64,000 nucleotides of DNA from Blepharisma stoltei ATCC 30299 (taxonomy: Eukaryota; Protista; Ciliophora): contig CBFDEM010000023.1 of assembly GCA_965603825.1 (NCBI GenBank), positions 62,001-126,000 of the forward strand, in the 5' to 3' direction. A program made the position numbers and the translations under genes. This document shows positions 26,000 through 38,844 of this stretch, piece by piece (the stretch's first letter is position 1; each line of letters starts with the position of its first letter). The notes beneath the pieces were generated by a model that was not told the DNA's origin, made no database searches, and saw nothing but the letters and a program-made list of their open reading frames with translations.

Positions 26000-26536
26000 T
26001 TATAGTTGTTTATGTTTAATTAGTTTTTCAGGGCTTACTTTATAAACTGAAGCGAGAACATTTACAGATGATTTCCTGATTTGATGATGTTTGTTTAAGA
26101 TCAGCTTTTTTTTAAGATTTTCAAGCATTTTGTGAGCGGCGTCTGAGCTTTCTATGTCGATTCCTTTGGATTTTCAAAGTTTTCCGATTGGCTCGTATAA
26201 CTGAGTGGAGTTATATTTTGGGCTTAGTCTCTTAATTGGTTCTGGATTTGTCTCAAGCCAGCTGTTTCTTTCTATATTCGTTTTTCCTAAAATAGGCTTA
26301 GAAAGCGACTTTAAACTAACGTAGCTTGAGCTTCGTTGTTTTGAATTTTTAGATTTGATAGGACTCATTTCTCTCCTCAATTCAATTTTACTTGTGCTTT
26401 GCTTCCTAAGAGAGTCTTGAGAAAAATGACGATTAGGGTGAATTGTTTTGATAGGTGACGATTGCCTTATTGAAGAGGAAGGCATTATCTTCTTATAAGC
26501 TTCAAAAGCTTTTTCATTTAGGATTGGTAAATTCAT
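26000..26536 (-). CDS. Basic low-complexity hypothetical protein
   Basis: ORF 26174-26536 reads through TGA for 57 more sense codons to TAA 26000-26002. Confidence 0.65.
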
Positions 26537-27400
26537 TGTATATCATTATGCAAAATTTATACTAATAAGCTGGGAATTTTAACAAAATATTGTAAATATT
26601 AAATTATCTAACCATAAAGAAAAATTATAAAAATGAATATAGGAATCCTGTAAATTATTTTGTAATAAATATATTATCAAAGATTGAGGCATAATAAACT
26701 CACAAAATGTATAATCTGTATGTCCAATCTCGAAAAATTCAAAAAATTTAACTATAAAGAGTGTCCATTAAAATGAACATTACAAAGAGAATCAATTTAT
26801 TCTAAAATAAATAGCATCAATATATATGGCTCTGCTGAATTTGGAAAACCAAGAAGAAGTGAATTCAACAATGCTTTATGCAATAGAGAACTTATTAAAT
26901 AAAGCAGAATTATATTTAGTTAAATAAACTGACCCATATATATGGACAGTTTATCCTTTCCGAATATATTTATTCAAAATATAAATTTTCAATAGCGAAT
27001 TTCATCTTAGACCATGCAAAGACTTCGTTAACTTCCCCTCTCATAAGTGCAAATCTCAAAGTATTTTTTGTAAAATTCTATTAACTGTAATAAAATTTGA
27101 TTTAGATCACTAGTTCAAGTAAATAATTTCTCTTTGGTTTATGGGCTCTTTTGTATAAAATATTAGTAATATCTTCCTTCATAGTTAACCAAATTCAGCC
27201 ATCAGAATTACATGTAATAAATCATAAATTTCCCACCATCTTCATGCATAAGCTGGAAAAAATACTAAAAAACCATTTTTATAATTTAATCCTTTTTTCA
27301 GTATTTAATTACTGCTTTCGGTGTTCCAAATTCAAATTAATTTTAAAATCTTTGCGTTTCAATAAAATCCCTTCAAAAATTTTTCTAATAAAATAACCGA

Positions 27401-29434
27401 ATGGCAGGATATAGAAGCCAAAAATCGCAGTCTTGTACAAATGAAGCTTTCTCTTTTATGTCAACCTTATCTAGGTCTGAAAATTTAAACCTTGCAGTCC
27501 ATTGCATCCAAAAAGTTTCACAGGAGTTGGAAGAAACTGAGCAAGAAGCCTCTGCTTCTGTGACCAAAAAATTTCCCTTGGCTAGCCACAGATCAACACC
27601 AGAAGTCCAAATGGAAAGAGAGGATTCTGGACGTTACTGTGAAGAGAACTCTTACAAACAGAGCGAGAGTCCACCACCAAATCCCACTGATTCTTCAACA
27701 TTCCATAGTGAATCTATCGGGTATGCAGACGATTCAGTTGAGTACAAAACATTAACAATATCGCATTCAATTACCAAAATTGTTAGAAGGCGCTATAATC
27801 GCATTTTTAAGCTTTTAGCGTATCCTTTATTTGAGAAAAATCAGGTCCAGTTGCTAAGAATAAAGTCTCTCCAATCTCATGTCCATAAAAGTTTCAAACA
27901 AATCAAGCTAACTCCTGCAGAGAAAAAAAATATTTTGTTGGAGTCAGCCAAACGGCTCGTTTTAACAGTAAAAGTCAACTATGACCAAATTTCCTTATGA
28001 AGGTGGTACTTCCAAACTATAAAATCCAATGTCAATGTCCCAAAATATAATATTTTACCACATTCAAGGCTGAAATCAGGTATCGGGATTTTAGACCACG
28101 TTTTCCGGTGTGGAACAATCCGTTATCACGGAAATTTAAAACAAATTTTAGCAAGATGGAAAGAAAGTACTGATGGATTTTTTGAAAAAATTGAGCAAAT
28201 TCAGAAGAATCAAACTACAGTGAAGTGGCTAAAAAGGCTTAGCTTTGCTAGCGTGCATTTCTTCCATGCAAATGAGTATTTAAGCATGTCTGACGGGTTT
28301 TCCAGATGGAAACAATGTGTTCTTGAGGCAGAAATTGGCGAAACTCAAAAGAAGTATGAGGGATATGTGGGCTCAGCGCAGAACATAGCCCTTACTGAAT
28401 TAGCAAAGCTCTTTTCAGCCAAAAAAATAAATTACTTTAATGAGCTAAAAATGAGATCTTTTAGGCTGACAATTATGAGATGCAAAATTCAACACTTGCT
28501 CCATTTGCTTAAAAAAAGCTTAAGGAACTGGCTGATTAGGCTGCAAAAGCCTAAAGCTTCAGAAGCTCCAAATGGAAAATCTCATTTACTTAATTTAGCT
28601 CATATTGTAAAATACAATATAAAAACTGCCTTTTTCAGATGGAAAACTCTACCCCAAGACCAAACTCTTCAAAATTCAGAAAGACTGAGATTTAGAAAAA
28701 CCATCCTAAGAAACTTAAATTTTATTATAAACAGAGACTTAGCAAGAGCTTTTGAGACTTGGAAAAATCCTGACTACATTGAAGAAGTCGAAGAAGTAGA
28801 AACAGTCACCAAAAATATCGTCACAAGGGTCGACCAAATTGTGTCTGTCAGAATCTTCGTCCCAAAGCAAAAAATTTTCACATCATTGGAATATAGAGAA
28901 GAGCACCCTGCAGAGCCAGTCAAAAAATCCCATCGCATTATAAAAGCAGCCCTCAGAAATCTCGACCATATTCTTATGATCTGTGTCCTACAAGCCTGGA
29001 CTAAATGGAATCAACCAATTCCTCCTTCTCCAGCCAATAAGCATAGAGAAAAGAAATTTATTTCTTATCAAGTCTCTTCTAAGCCGATTTGCAGAATCGA
29101 AACTTCTGGCTTCATTGAAAAATCTTCCTTTATATGCTCAGGAGAAAGTTTTTATAACTCTACCCTTGATACCTCAAGCTTTATCAGAAATATTTCCCCA
29201 GAAGATATCCCTGACGGCTTCCCTGAAATAGTTTCTTATCTTTATGATACCAAAATTAAAAAATCGTCACTTACAAGGACTGCTCTGTTTGAGTGGCAAA
29301 ATAAGGCCCAAAATAAAAATCTCAAGAAGAAAAACCTTCAAGTTTTGGTTAAAAATATTAAAAGTTTCCTAGTGAAACATGAAAAAAGTGGGTTTGAGAA
29401 GTGGCAAAATGTGGCAAAGAGTACTGCTAATTAA
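27401..29434 (+). CDS. Helical protein with Sfi1-like (F/L..W) repeats, putative centrin binder
   Basis: ORFs 27401-28000 and 28220-29434 join via TGA 27998. Repeated LARWK, FSRWK, AFFRWK, AFETWK, AWTKWN, ALFEWQ, GFEKWQ. Confidence 0.65.
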
Positions 29435-29541
29435 TGAATTAGTTATCTTAATTAATAATTAATGAAGAATTGTAAATAATTGAGTGTTTATTAAGCTGGC
29501 AAGAAATTAATAAATAATGTTTATAGTAATTATACAGTAGT

Positions 29542-31551
29542 TTAAGCTTTATTGCATAAGCAATACATTTGGTCTTTTTTATTAAGTTTGTTTTCAATGA
29601 CACATTTGCTTTCATAAGCGTCAATTCTGTTGACGTTCATAATTTTCATATATTTCATGTCTTTAATTTTGATTGGAATTGACTTGAATATATCATTTCC
29701 TTCCGCATTAATCGCTATTTTTGATAATCTCACATCTGTCCTAAACACTGCATATTTGCTTTCATTAGTCGTAAACGTGATTTTAAAATACACATCATTA
29801 TTTTTATCCACAATCCCTCCTTTGACTATACTACCAAGACTTAAATATTTGCATCCACAAGCATCTGTTGGTCTATTGCATTTATTAATCATATTAATTT
29901 TCAGTAAAACTTCATTGGCAATCATTAAAATTAATGGATCATTTAAATGCTTCTCATCTATATTTTTAACTGGTAAACAAGAACACCATTCTAATGGAAT
30001 TCCGATATCTGCACAAGTTCGATTGGCTGATATACAGTCTTTAAATAAATTGTAAGATCTGTATCTTCTAGATGTATTTTTTGAATTATCAATAAAAATT
30101 GTTTGGTTTGGGTGCCCAAGACTGAGAAGAGTGTTATAAAAATCAAAATTGCTGATAAGCCGTTTTGTGTTGTGGGATAAGATTTGGAGGCTGTTTGGAA
30201 TTTTTTCAAGAAATGAATTAGAGGCTATAAGGAAAGTTAAAGGAATTCTATGCTCGTTAGCTCCAGCTGTTGTTTGGAACCACCCTCCTTCTCTTAGCCC
30301 ATGGTCTCCTTTGATAAAAAGCACTAAATCTTCATTTCTGCTTGTAATGTCGGTTAAAAAATCAGCTAAATCTAAATCAAGGGTGGAAATTACCGTGCCT
30401 GTAGACTCATGATTGGTATTAATATGCGCATAAGAAAACCTTGAAACATTTTTATAAGCCTCAGAAAACTGCAAAATTTGGTCCATTATTATTTTATGGG
30501 CATTTTTATTTCCAATGCATCTTTGAGATTTCAAGTCTTGATCGTACCCATAAAATCTTTTTGCAGCACAAAAAACACTGCCCATTATATGGTCAATTTT
30601 AGGTGCTCTGCCTAAAAATGCAGAAAAACTGTCAACGCAGCCATCAGATCCAAAAAATGAAACAAAGCCTTTCTCATGCAATTTTTTCCATATTGAATTC
30701 TCTGTATGATAATCTTCTCTATAAGGTCTGTATATAGCTTCGTATTTAATATCTCCAAATAAAGCAGGCATAATAAAAAAATGAGAATTTCTTCCCATAA
30801 CATTGTTAAGTTTAAAGTCAAAAAAAGAGTAATTTGATGACAAATTTTTTAAAAAATTCAGTGAAATAGGGAGTTTTCTGAAAAATTGTCTTCTGCTTAA
30901 TGAATCAACTACCAGCATTACAATATTTAAAGGCTTTTCTCCTTTAAAGTAGTTTTCAGCCCTTTTTAGTGCTAGGTCTTTTGGCCGTAATTTATAGACA
31001 AAGTGTTCAAAATTGTCTGATTTTGATTTATCACAAGTTCCGAAAGCGTATTCTTGGCTAGTTAGAGCTACAGGATTTTCATAGGGTAAAAGGGGCTTAA
31101 GAAAAGGCATGGAGCCTATTTCTTCAAAAGCTGGGCCTAAGACGTATCATCCTGAGCAATTCATATAGAGTTTATTTTCTGCAAAATCAATATTAATCAT
31201 ACCAGGCTCTGAATGATATAGGCTTTCGCACCTTGGATAGGTTTTTGAGGGAAATCATCTCTCTGCTTCAGAAAAAGTATAGCCAAAGCTATCAGGTTTG
31301 CAGGCAATATTTAAGGGGAAAATTGTGTCTTCATCATCATAATAGTTTAAATCTGATGAGATTTCTTCTTTCAATTTAGAGAAATTTGGGTATTTAATAA
31401 CATTTGCGAGTTTATTATTTCCTCAATTTGGAAGGTCTCAAATAGCAATTTCTTTAGAAACTGAACTTTGATTTATTGAAAAATAGAAAATTGCGAAAAG
31501 TAGTATTCACGCTATTAATGTAAGGGCAAACCAAATTCTGATTAATTTCAT
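29542..31551 (-). CDS. DUF229-like (alkaline phosphatase/sulfatase superfamily) membrane-anchored protein
   Basis: Extends via TGA=Trp to ATG 31551 with an N-terminal hydrophobic segment. NIVMLVVDSLSR..F.R.LP, LD.DL..FL, GDHGLR, EHRIP, N..RL.S.FD.Y.TL, RTC...GIP..WC.C. Confidence 0.82.
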
Positions 31552-32204
31552 TATATTTCTGAGGCGGCAATTAAAATGGTTATATTTGTGACCACAAATG
31601 CCAGGTTCATAGCATTTCTTCTCTAAAATATGTTTCAAGAAAGAACGAAATCTAGAGTAAAACGTCAAATTTGGATGAATAAAAAAGAGGAAAAATATAA
31701 TAAAAAATTAGCAAGAGTTCATCCCAGGAATTATTTTTGATAAGCATTATTCCTTCCTTATTTCCAGGAACCAAAAAATTTGATTCTGATATTAAATAAT
31801 TAAAAATGAATAGAAAAATAATAAGACAGTTGTATAAGGATCTGATTAATTATATTGGAATTTTCGCAATTTTATAGGATATCTTCCCATCAGATTTTAA
31901 AATTTATTTGACTTACTTAAAATTTGCTCATTCCAACAATTGCCATTTATATAATGACTAATTGCTAGTATTCTTACTTGCTTAGCATTTATATGGAAAA
32001 TAATTAAAATTAATAGATAAATAAGACATTAAACAATGCCAGAATTATATCAAAATTTAATAAATCTTTGAATTTAAAAATCTTGGGATCATAAATTGCA
32101 TATGAATAATAATTAGTCTTTTAAAACGGGTTATTAATATTCTTTCTCAGATTACACAAGATTTATTCGAGTTTTGGAATTTCTATTGTTAATTTATTAC
32201 AAAA

Positions 32205-33668
32205 ATGAACCCAGGTGATACATTTTCACTAACTCAAGTAAGACTTCGAGCAAATAGACTACTAAAATCCAACTTAAAAAGCTCCGAGTCTGAATCAAAA
32301 CTTTTCAAATTAGTATCCATACCAAAAGCCGATTTAACTTCATCAGTTAAAAATTTAGGCACACGAAGGACATCCCAACCTACTTTCCGAAGTATAAGCA
32401 CTGCTAATTCTCAACGACAGCGAAGCTCTGTAAGCACAGCCAGAGAAAAGCTCAGCACAATCAAATCTCAGGTCCAAATCAAGCTTGATGACTTATATTC
32501 TCAGCCAAGTCAGTTAATAGACGCTATTAAAAAACTCGAAAAGAGTGGAAATATAAAAGACCAATTCCGCAGTTTAGAAAAAATTTTGAACATAAAAAAG
32601 CAAAATTATAACACTTTGCGATATGAGAGAAGAAATAAAGACAGTTACCTACGATACCTCATACAAAAAGACCATCAAATCATAAAATTAGACGAAATTA
32701 AAGAAATAAATTTCGACGAAAAAATCAATGAATTGGAAAATAATATATATGAGATTAAAGAAAAAATATACCAAGAAAACCTTTATTCTGGGATTCTTTT
32801 ACATATGAATTCTACTAGACAGAGGTCTCTGTGCTCTCTTTCTAGACCAATTTCTGATTTAAGGAAAGAAATATCGCAAATTTCGATACAAATTAAAGAT
32901 TATTTGAGAGAAACAGCGAAGTCGAATCAGTCTTTTAAAGACACAGAAAAACAAATGGACGATCTGAATGAGAAAACGGAGAAAATTAAAGAGAAAAAGG
33001 AAGAAATGAAAAAAGAAGATCTCGCGAGGTTTGAAGAAAGGGTTATGGCTAATGAATTTATACAGAAACAGAAAGAACAAAGGCAAATTTTGAATAAAAT
33101 AAGTGAAAACGAAAAAGAGGTGGAAGAATTAGAAAATGCATTGGCAATGGTGGATGATATTGAAGAGATCAATAAAGAAATTCAGGCTTGCAAAACTTAT
33201 ATCAAGCGTCAAGAAGCAATTTTTAGTCAGCTAAAAAGAGAAACTAATGTAAGGTCGCTTGACTCAGTTGTATCAAATTTTAATTATTTAAAAGAAACAG
33301 AAAAAGTGCTAAGAAATACCCAGCTTCACTTAGAGCATGTAATCGGAAACGCAAGCAAAGAGGTAGAAAATCTTCAAGAAATTTACAACGGTATCAGCTT
33401 AATCAACTCTACAGACGAAGACGTCCCGGCTTCCAAAATTGAACAAATCGAGAACAGCCTTATGGAAAAAAACCAACATTTGCAATGATTGCAAGAAAAA
33501 GAGTACAAGCAAAAAAAAGAAATTGCGGAATTAAGCAGCATCGTAGCAAGATTAATGTTCCAAGTGCAAGATTCGACTGATTTTAAAGAGGTGGACTCAC
33601 ACAACATAGCCCAGGTTTTAGCTTCATTTGAAGAAAAGATTGTAAATCTTAAGTCAAAAAGTAAATAA
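32205..33668 (+). CDS. Coiled-coil protein, ODAD3/CCDC151-like (tentative)
   Basis: Reads through TGA 33486 to TAA 33666-33668; paralogous to 38845-40290; family call from general pattern only. Confidence 0.6.
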
Positions 33669-33723
33669 TTATAAATATTTTCAGTTAAATAGAGAATTTA
33701 ATATAAAATCATTATTTATGACA

Positions 33724-35679
33724 TTACCCAAATTTCTTAGCTGCTTCAGCTCGGCCTCTAAGCATCATTGATAAGGCTTTTATAGCATCCAATTTTGACA
33801 TATTTTCAATAGGTCTATCTTGAGAAATCGGCCGTAAATCGAAATTCTGTAGGGTTTTGTTTTGAATTGCGGGCATTTTGTATTCACTTTCTCTCATTTG
33901 AGATTTGGTTTCTCTGTTTCTTGATGGGCTGGTAGAGGCTGGCTTTTCAAAATTAACTGTTTTTACATAGTTTTCGTCCCTTATAACCCGCTTGGAAGCC
34001 CATTTTCTTTTAGGTTTTTCTTCTTCTCTTTCAATTTCCATCTGAATTACTCTTTTTTCTAAGTCTTCTTTGGCGTGCTGCATTTCGATAAGATTTCTAT
34101 TGGTTCTTCCGCCTTCTTTTAATAAATTTTCTAGATTTTCAATTTTCATAATAAGTTCTCTATTTTCGTATTGCAATTGCAATACTTCAGCTTCTTTGTT
34201 TTTCCTAGCGGAAGTCTGATCCCTTAAAGCTGCTTTGAGCTTTTTATTATGTTCCATTAGGTCACGTATCATTTTTACACTATCATAAAGTTTTTCTCCA
34301 ATTTCTTCAGTATTCTGTGCTGAGTTTTCATTAAATGCAACTTTTGGAAATTTTTCAGGAGAAGTCGATCTCTTATCTGGTCCAAAGTTTTCTAACGTAG
34401 ACCTCAAATCTTGGATTTTTTTAATCTGCGACTTTCGTAACGGCTGCTTTTCATATTCTTTCAGCTTCGAAATCTGCTGCGCTTTATCAAGCGTTATCAG
34501 CTCTGTCAAAATAACTATATGTTTATTAGCTTGTGACAACTCTTCTTTAGCTTTCTTCAGCTCTTTTTTCAGTTCTTTAATAACCTTGGTTTTTGGGTCC
34601 AAATTTTTAATCGGCTCATTTGCAATATTTCCAGCCTTTGTCGCATACAATAAAGTGCTGACATTTTCATCAAAATAATCATCAATTGGTGCAATGCATG
34701 CAATCATCACACAATAGCTATTTCCTCCAATGCTTTGCTTTAACAAGCTCGTAAGCTTTGAATCTCTATAAGGCACGAAGCTTGGCTCACCTATTCTCGC
34801 AGTCGACAAAGCACTTATAACCTGCCTCAGCGTAAAAAGCGCTTTATTTATTTCTATACTTTCTTTTAGCGCCATCCCTTCATTACCAGTCAATGAAGTT
34901 TTTTCGCTTCCTGCAAGGTCAACAAGCTGCATTCTGCTTGTGGTGATTTTCCCCACCTTATTATTAACGGCTTCTACTATTAAGCTTAAAATGGAATGAG
35001 ACCTGGAGGACGCTGCATTTACGTTGTGGGAAGCCATGATTTTGTTTTTTAAGCCTTGGTGATAATAAGTTAAGACTTCTTGCGCAGTGTGACAAGGGTG
35101 CATAAAAACGTTTTCCACGTAAAATTCTTCATGCTTGTTTCACCTCAGCTTAAGCCCTGCTTTGGTGTGGGCTGGGTTTAATAAATCATAAATATTTTCT
35201 TTGTAGAGCTGAATATATGTACAGTACACAGTAAAATCTGTGGATTTTTTATTTTGGAGCTCGTTGAAAAGGGCTTTTATAGATCTTGGGGCAAGTCCAA
35301 TATTTTCGTTGTCTTTTATGATTGGCCGAAGGCGGCTGTCGTATTCGTATCCTTCCATTGTGAACGTTTTGCCTGACCCTGTTTGCCCATATGCAAAAAT
35401 TGTTGCGTTGAAGCCTTCGACGACTTTTTTGACTAAAGTTTCAATTTTTAGCTCATTAAAGACTTCTTCTTGGCTTGCAGTTTCTTCTAGGGTTGTATCA
35501 AATTTATATCTTTTATTAATATTTTGCTGGATATTTGAAACACTATGTAGAATTTACATAATTGATTGAGAAGATGAGTCTGCTTCTATATATGAATTTG
35601 TATGGCCTTTTAGTGCTTCATCTGGCAGCAAAGGTCGGATTCGAATAGCGACTCCAATGCTTGTCTTTGAGTAATCCAT
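33724..35679 (-). CDS. Kinesin motor protein, kinesin-16/KIF12-like
   Basis: VAIRIRP, FAYGQTGSGKTFTM, LRW...FYVEN (W=TGA 35140), SSRSH, LVDLAGSE, VPYRDSKLT; intron 35543-35557. Confidence 0.92.
35543..35557 (-). other. 15-nt spliceosomal intron
   Basis: GTAAATTCTACATAG; removes in-frame stops in the kinesin motor domain. Confidence 0.9.
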
Positions 35680-35969
35680 TTATTTAAACTTATATGAAAT
35701 ACTTATTCAAATATAACCTCTCAGGTCTAAATCTACTTATCAATTAGCAATTTCGATAATTAATTATTGATATTTAGGAAATGTATATTACTAAATCTTT
35801 TTCCATATAATCAAAATAATTAAGGTATTGTGCAATTATGTTGAAATTTGCAATTTTTATATTAAAAATTACTGAAACAATTAATTTATCTAATTTCATT
35901 TAGCGAAACAAAAATTAACATTTTCTTAATGATCTTTTCATAATTTCAGCAATTTGTAGTTCTCCATAA

Positions 35970-36443
35970 ATGGAAAAGGCGCAGCTTTATCAAGAGGTTC
36001 TCAATGAGCTTTCAGAATTCTTTAGTCACTATCAAAACCTTAGTGATATAGCTATCATGACCACAATCTCCAGTGTTATTCATATGAAATTCCCTCAGCT
36101 TGTTTTTGTTGGATTTTATATTACTCGTGAAGCCAATGCTGTGAAGTACCTCGAAGTCGGCCCATACCAAGGCAAAGTTCTAGCTTGTGCCAAAATTGAT
36201 ATAGGAAATGGTGTCTGTGGGACTTCTGCCCAAAGAAAACAAACTATTGTTGTCGAAGACGTAAATAGATTCGAGACTTATATTGCTTGTGATTGTGCTT
36301 CTAAAAGTGAAATTGTTGTCCCAGTTCTCCATAATGATGAGGTCACATCTGTTTTAGATATAGACAGCGATGTGCTGGGGTATTTTACAGAAGTTGATAA
36401 AGAGTGGCTGGAAAGGATAATCAGTTCTTTTCTAACTAATTAA
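35970..36443 (+). CDS. GAF-domain free methionine-R-sulfoxide reductase (fRMsr/MsrC family)
   Basis: VGFY, GPYQG..AC..I..G.GVCG, IACD..S.SEIVVP, VLDIDS, F...D...LE; all three Cys present. Confidence 0.88.
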   Translation: MEKAQLYQEVLNELSEFFSHYQNLSDIAIMTTISSVIHMKFPQLVFVGFYITREANAVKYLEVGPYQGKVLACAKIDIGNGVCGTSAQRKQTIVVEDVNRFETYIACDCASKSEIVVPVLHNDEVTSVLDIDSDVLGYFTEVDKEWLERIISSFLTN

Positions 36444-36539
36444 AATCACAATATCTCTTGATTTTATGAAAAAATATCTCAAATGAGATTTTCGATAAAA
36501 TTATTTATACTTGGTAATTTATAATTTTAATATATTCAG

Positions 36540-37075
36540 CAACCAATATTAGGGTACTGAGTGATTTGTGGCTATGCTGAGCCTCTCCGAATGCTTCTTA
36601 TCACTAGGGATTTGCATTTAAATACAAACAATACAGCTTTGGCCATTTTTCCAACTTTAAAAAATCAGACTGTCTCAATGCTAAAGAAGCATTAGGAATA
36701 TATTTATTGAAAAAAAATAAATCTCAATCATCACTGGCATCTTTAGAGATTTTAGAGGACAAATCTCAAGGGCAGCATATAGCCCAGATGCCCTTACCCT
36801 GCTTGCTTAAACTTTTGAAAACCCTCAAGACCCACCATGATACGATTTGCCACATATCTTGAAGGAAAAATATTTTTTAATAGGAGAGCATTTTGCATTC
36901 GTTGACTTTTATTTCTACGAAACCCTTGATAAGCTGGATAACATACATCCAAGCTCCTCTGTAGGGATCTCACCTTTATTTGCTGTTTATAAAAACATAT
37001 AAAAAGCTTAGAGCATATGTAAGAATTTATTTCAAAACCTAATATGCCACATTTTTAAGGCCCTCAAGCTTGCAG
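36540..37075 (+). pseudogene. Glutathione S-transferase (mu/sigma-like) pseudogene
   Basis: PILGYW.I.G.AEPLRMLL, YKQY.FG....F.KSD.LN.KEALG and FLIGEH..FVDFYFYE.LD, broken by frameshifts and TAG/TAA; not in the ORF track. Confidence 0.7.
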
Positions 37076-37113
37076 GAGAGGCTAATAATTAAAAATAAAT
37101 AATTAAAATTACA

Positions 37114-37635
37114 CTATCCCATCAAATTTTTCAATTTTCTATATAGGTATTTTCCATAGTTATCTTGAGAGAAATTTATCTCTAAATCAATCATGGCGTT
37201 TACATGGCCAATTATCTTGTGAAAACCGATTTTTGAGAATTTTGGCAGCGGGTTGTGGAGAAATTCGATATTATTGTTGTCTTTTTGGCGGATTTTTTCT
37301 ATCATTTCTTTGGTGCCGAATTGAATAAAGGCTCAGTTTTCGTGGATTTCGATAAGCATGCTATAGCAAAATGAAGTATCGGGATGGAGACCAATTACAG
37401 CGACGCAGGACCGATTTTTGGAGTCTGAATCTTTGGTGAGGGAGTAGCAAAGAATTTCAGTCGGAATGCAGTCAGGAATAATTTCAATTAAATCGTCAAG
37501 GGAGCAGCAGTTGTCAGTGTACCGAAGGTAGTCAATGAAGATTAAATTACCAATTTTTGTAGGACTCGAGTCAATAGGAAAATTTTGCGAGATTTTTGAT
37601 CCGCATGTTTCTCGTCGAGTACATACTGTCCCCAT
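37114..37635 (-). CDS. Hypothetical protein with putative N-acylation motif (MGTVC)
   Basis: ORFs 37333-37635 and 37114-37305 join via TGA=Trp; TAG stop. Confidence 0.65.
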
Positions 37636-38292
37636 GCAAATAAATTTTTGGTGTAAAACGAATCTATTAAAATTTTTGAAATAATGACAGAAGACGATTA
37701 GAAAATTTAAACAAATTAGTAGATAATCAGGATATAGCTTTTAGGATACGATTATGATTGATGACAAAATTTATGAAAATAATAAAAAACTGACATTAAA
37801 ATGGAATAATAAAACTTTGCTATATGCATGCCCATTCTTATATTTATTTAAATTTTTTATGCCCTCTGCATTAAATAGCGATCTATAGAATCTTGCAAAA
37901 TAATATATTTTTATTGTCCAGAATCTGAAGCCTATGCTTGCATAGTCTATTTTTTATAAGTGCGCTTTTACGAATTAAATAAAAATATCTTTTTCCTTCG
38001 TATTTTTCGGTATTTATAAAATCAAAAAATTTCCTTGCTTCTTTTAAGTTATATATTTATTAAAATGATTGCAAATATCAGCCTTCTTTGTACAATAGTT
38101 AGGACCTTAAGACTGTGGCGAACTGAGAAAAATTCCAAGTTAATAAAAAAATATGAATATTTTAACTCAATTTTTGTTTTATTATGATTGACTATAGAGA
38201 AAGCAAAGGAAAGGCCCTAAATCTCATTACCATAAAGAGTAAAAGATTCTACAGGGAATTCTTTTATGGCTGATAATAACATTCTTTAATCC

Positions 38293-38730
38293 TTACGAAT
38301 TCATCAAGTGATAAAAATCATGAAAATTTATCATCCCATCCCCATCTTCATCAACCGCTTTAAAAACCTCTTTAACCTCTTCCAAACTCACATTTTCTCC
38401 AACCGACTTCATCATTTCATATAAATCTTCTTCCGAAATCATCGTTTTTTGCTTACAAAACATTCGAAAAATAGCCCGAATTTCGTCACTTGTGAAATCT
38501 TGTCTGTCAAACCTATGGGAGGGATGATATTCCATTCTTTCAATTTCCTCTGACAAATCACGAAAAGAAAGCCTTCGTAGATTTAATCCTCGGTATACTA
38601 GAGGACGAGGAAGGGATGGCTGGATGTCATTGAACATTTGTGATTGCGAAAAAAGTAAGGCTAAGGTTTTTGACTTCGAGCCTCTTCGGGTAAATTGGGG
38701 ATTAGGTTTTGAAGCTTCTTTATGGCTCAT
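38293..38730 (-). CDS. Calmodulin/centrin-like EF-hand pair protein
   Basis: EIRAIFRMF...ISEEDLYEMMKSVGE..S.EEV.EVF..VDEDGDGMINF.DF. Confidence 0.85.
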   Translation of the reverse strand: MSHKEASKPNPQFTRRGSKSKTLALLFSQSQMFNDIQPSLPRPLVYRGLNLRRLSFRDLSEEIERMEYHPSHRFDRQDFTSDEIRAIFRMFCKQKTMISEEDLYEMMKSVGENVSLEEVKEVFKAVDEDGDGMINFHDFYHLMNS

Positions 38731-38844
38731 GGTGAATATTTAGAATAATAATTCTCCCTATTAAATCCAGCTTGAATAAAAAATTTTTTAAAATAATTCT
38801 GGCTTTATGTGGCCGTTATATTAAAAATGAATTTAAGCTAGAAT

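Noticed and set aside
26540-27400. Long AT-rich gaps (also 31560-32200 and 37640-38290) as IESs or ncRNA loci
   Set aside because: No IES-minus copy for comparison and no tRNA/snoRNA structure recognised; compatible with promoters or decayed sequence.
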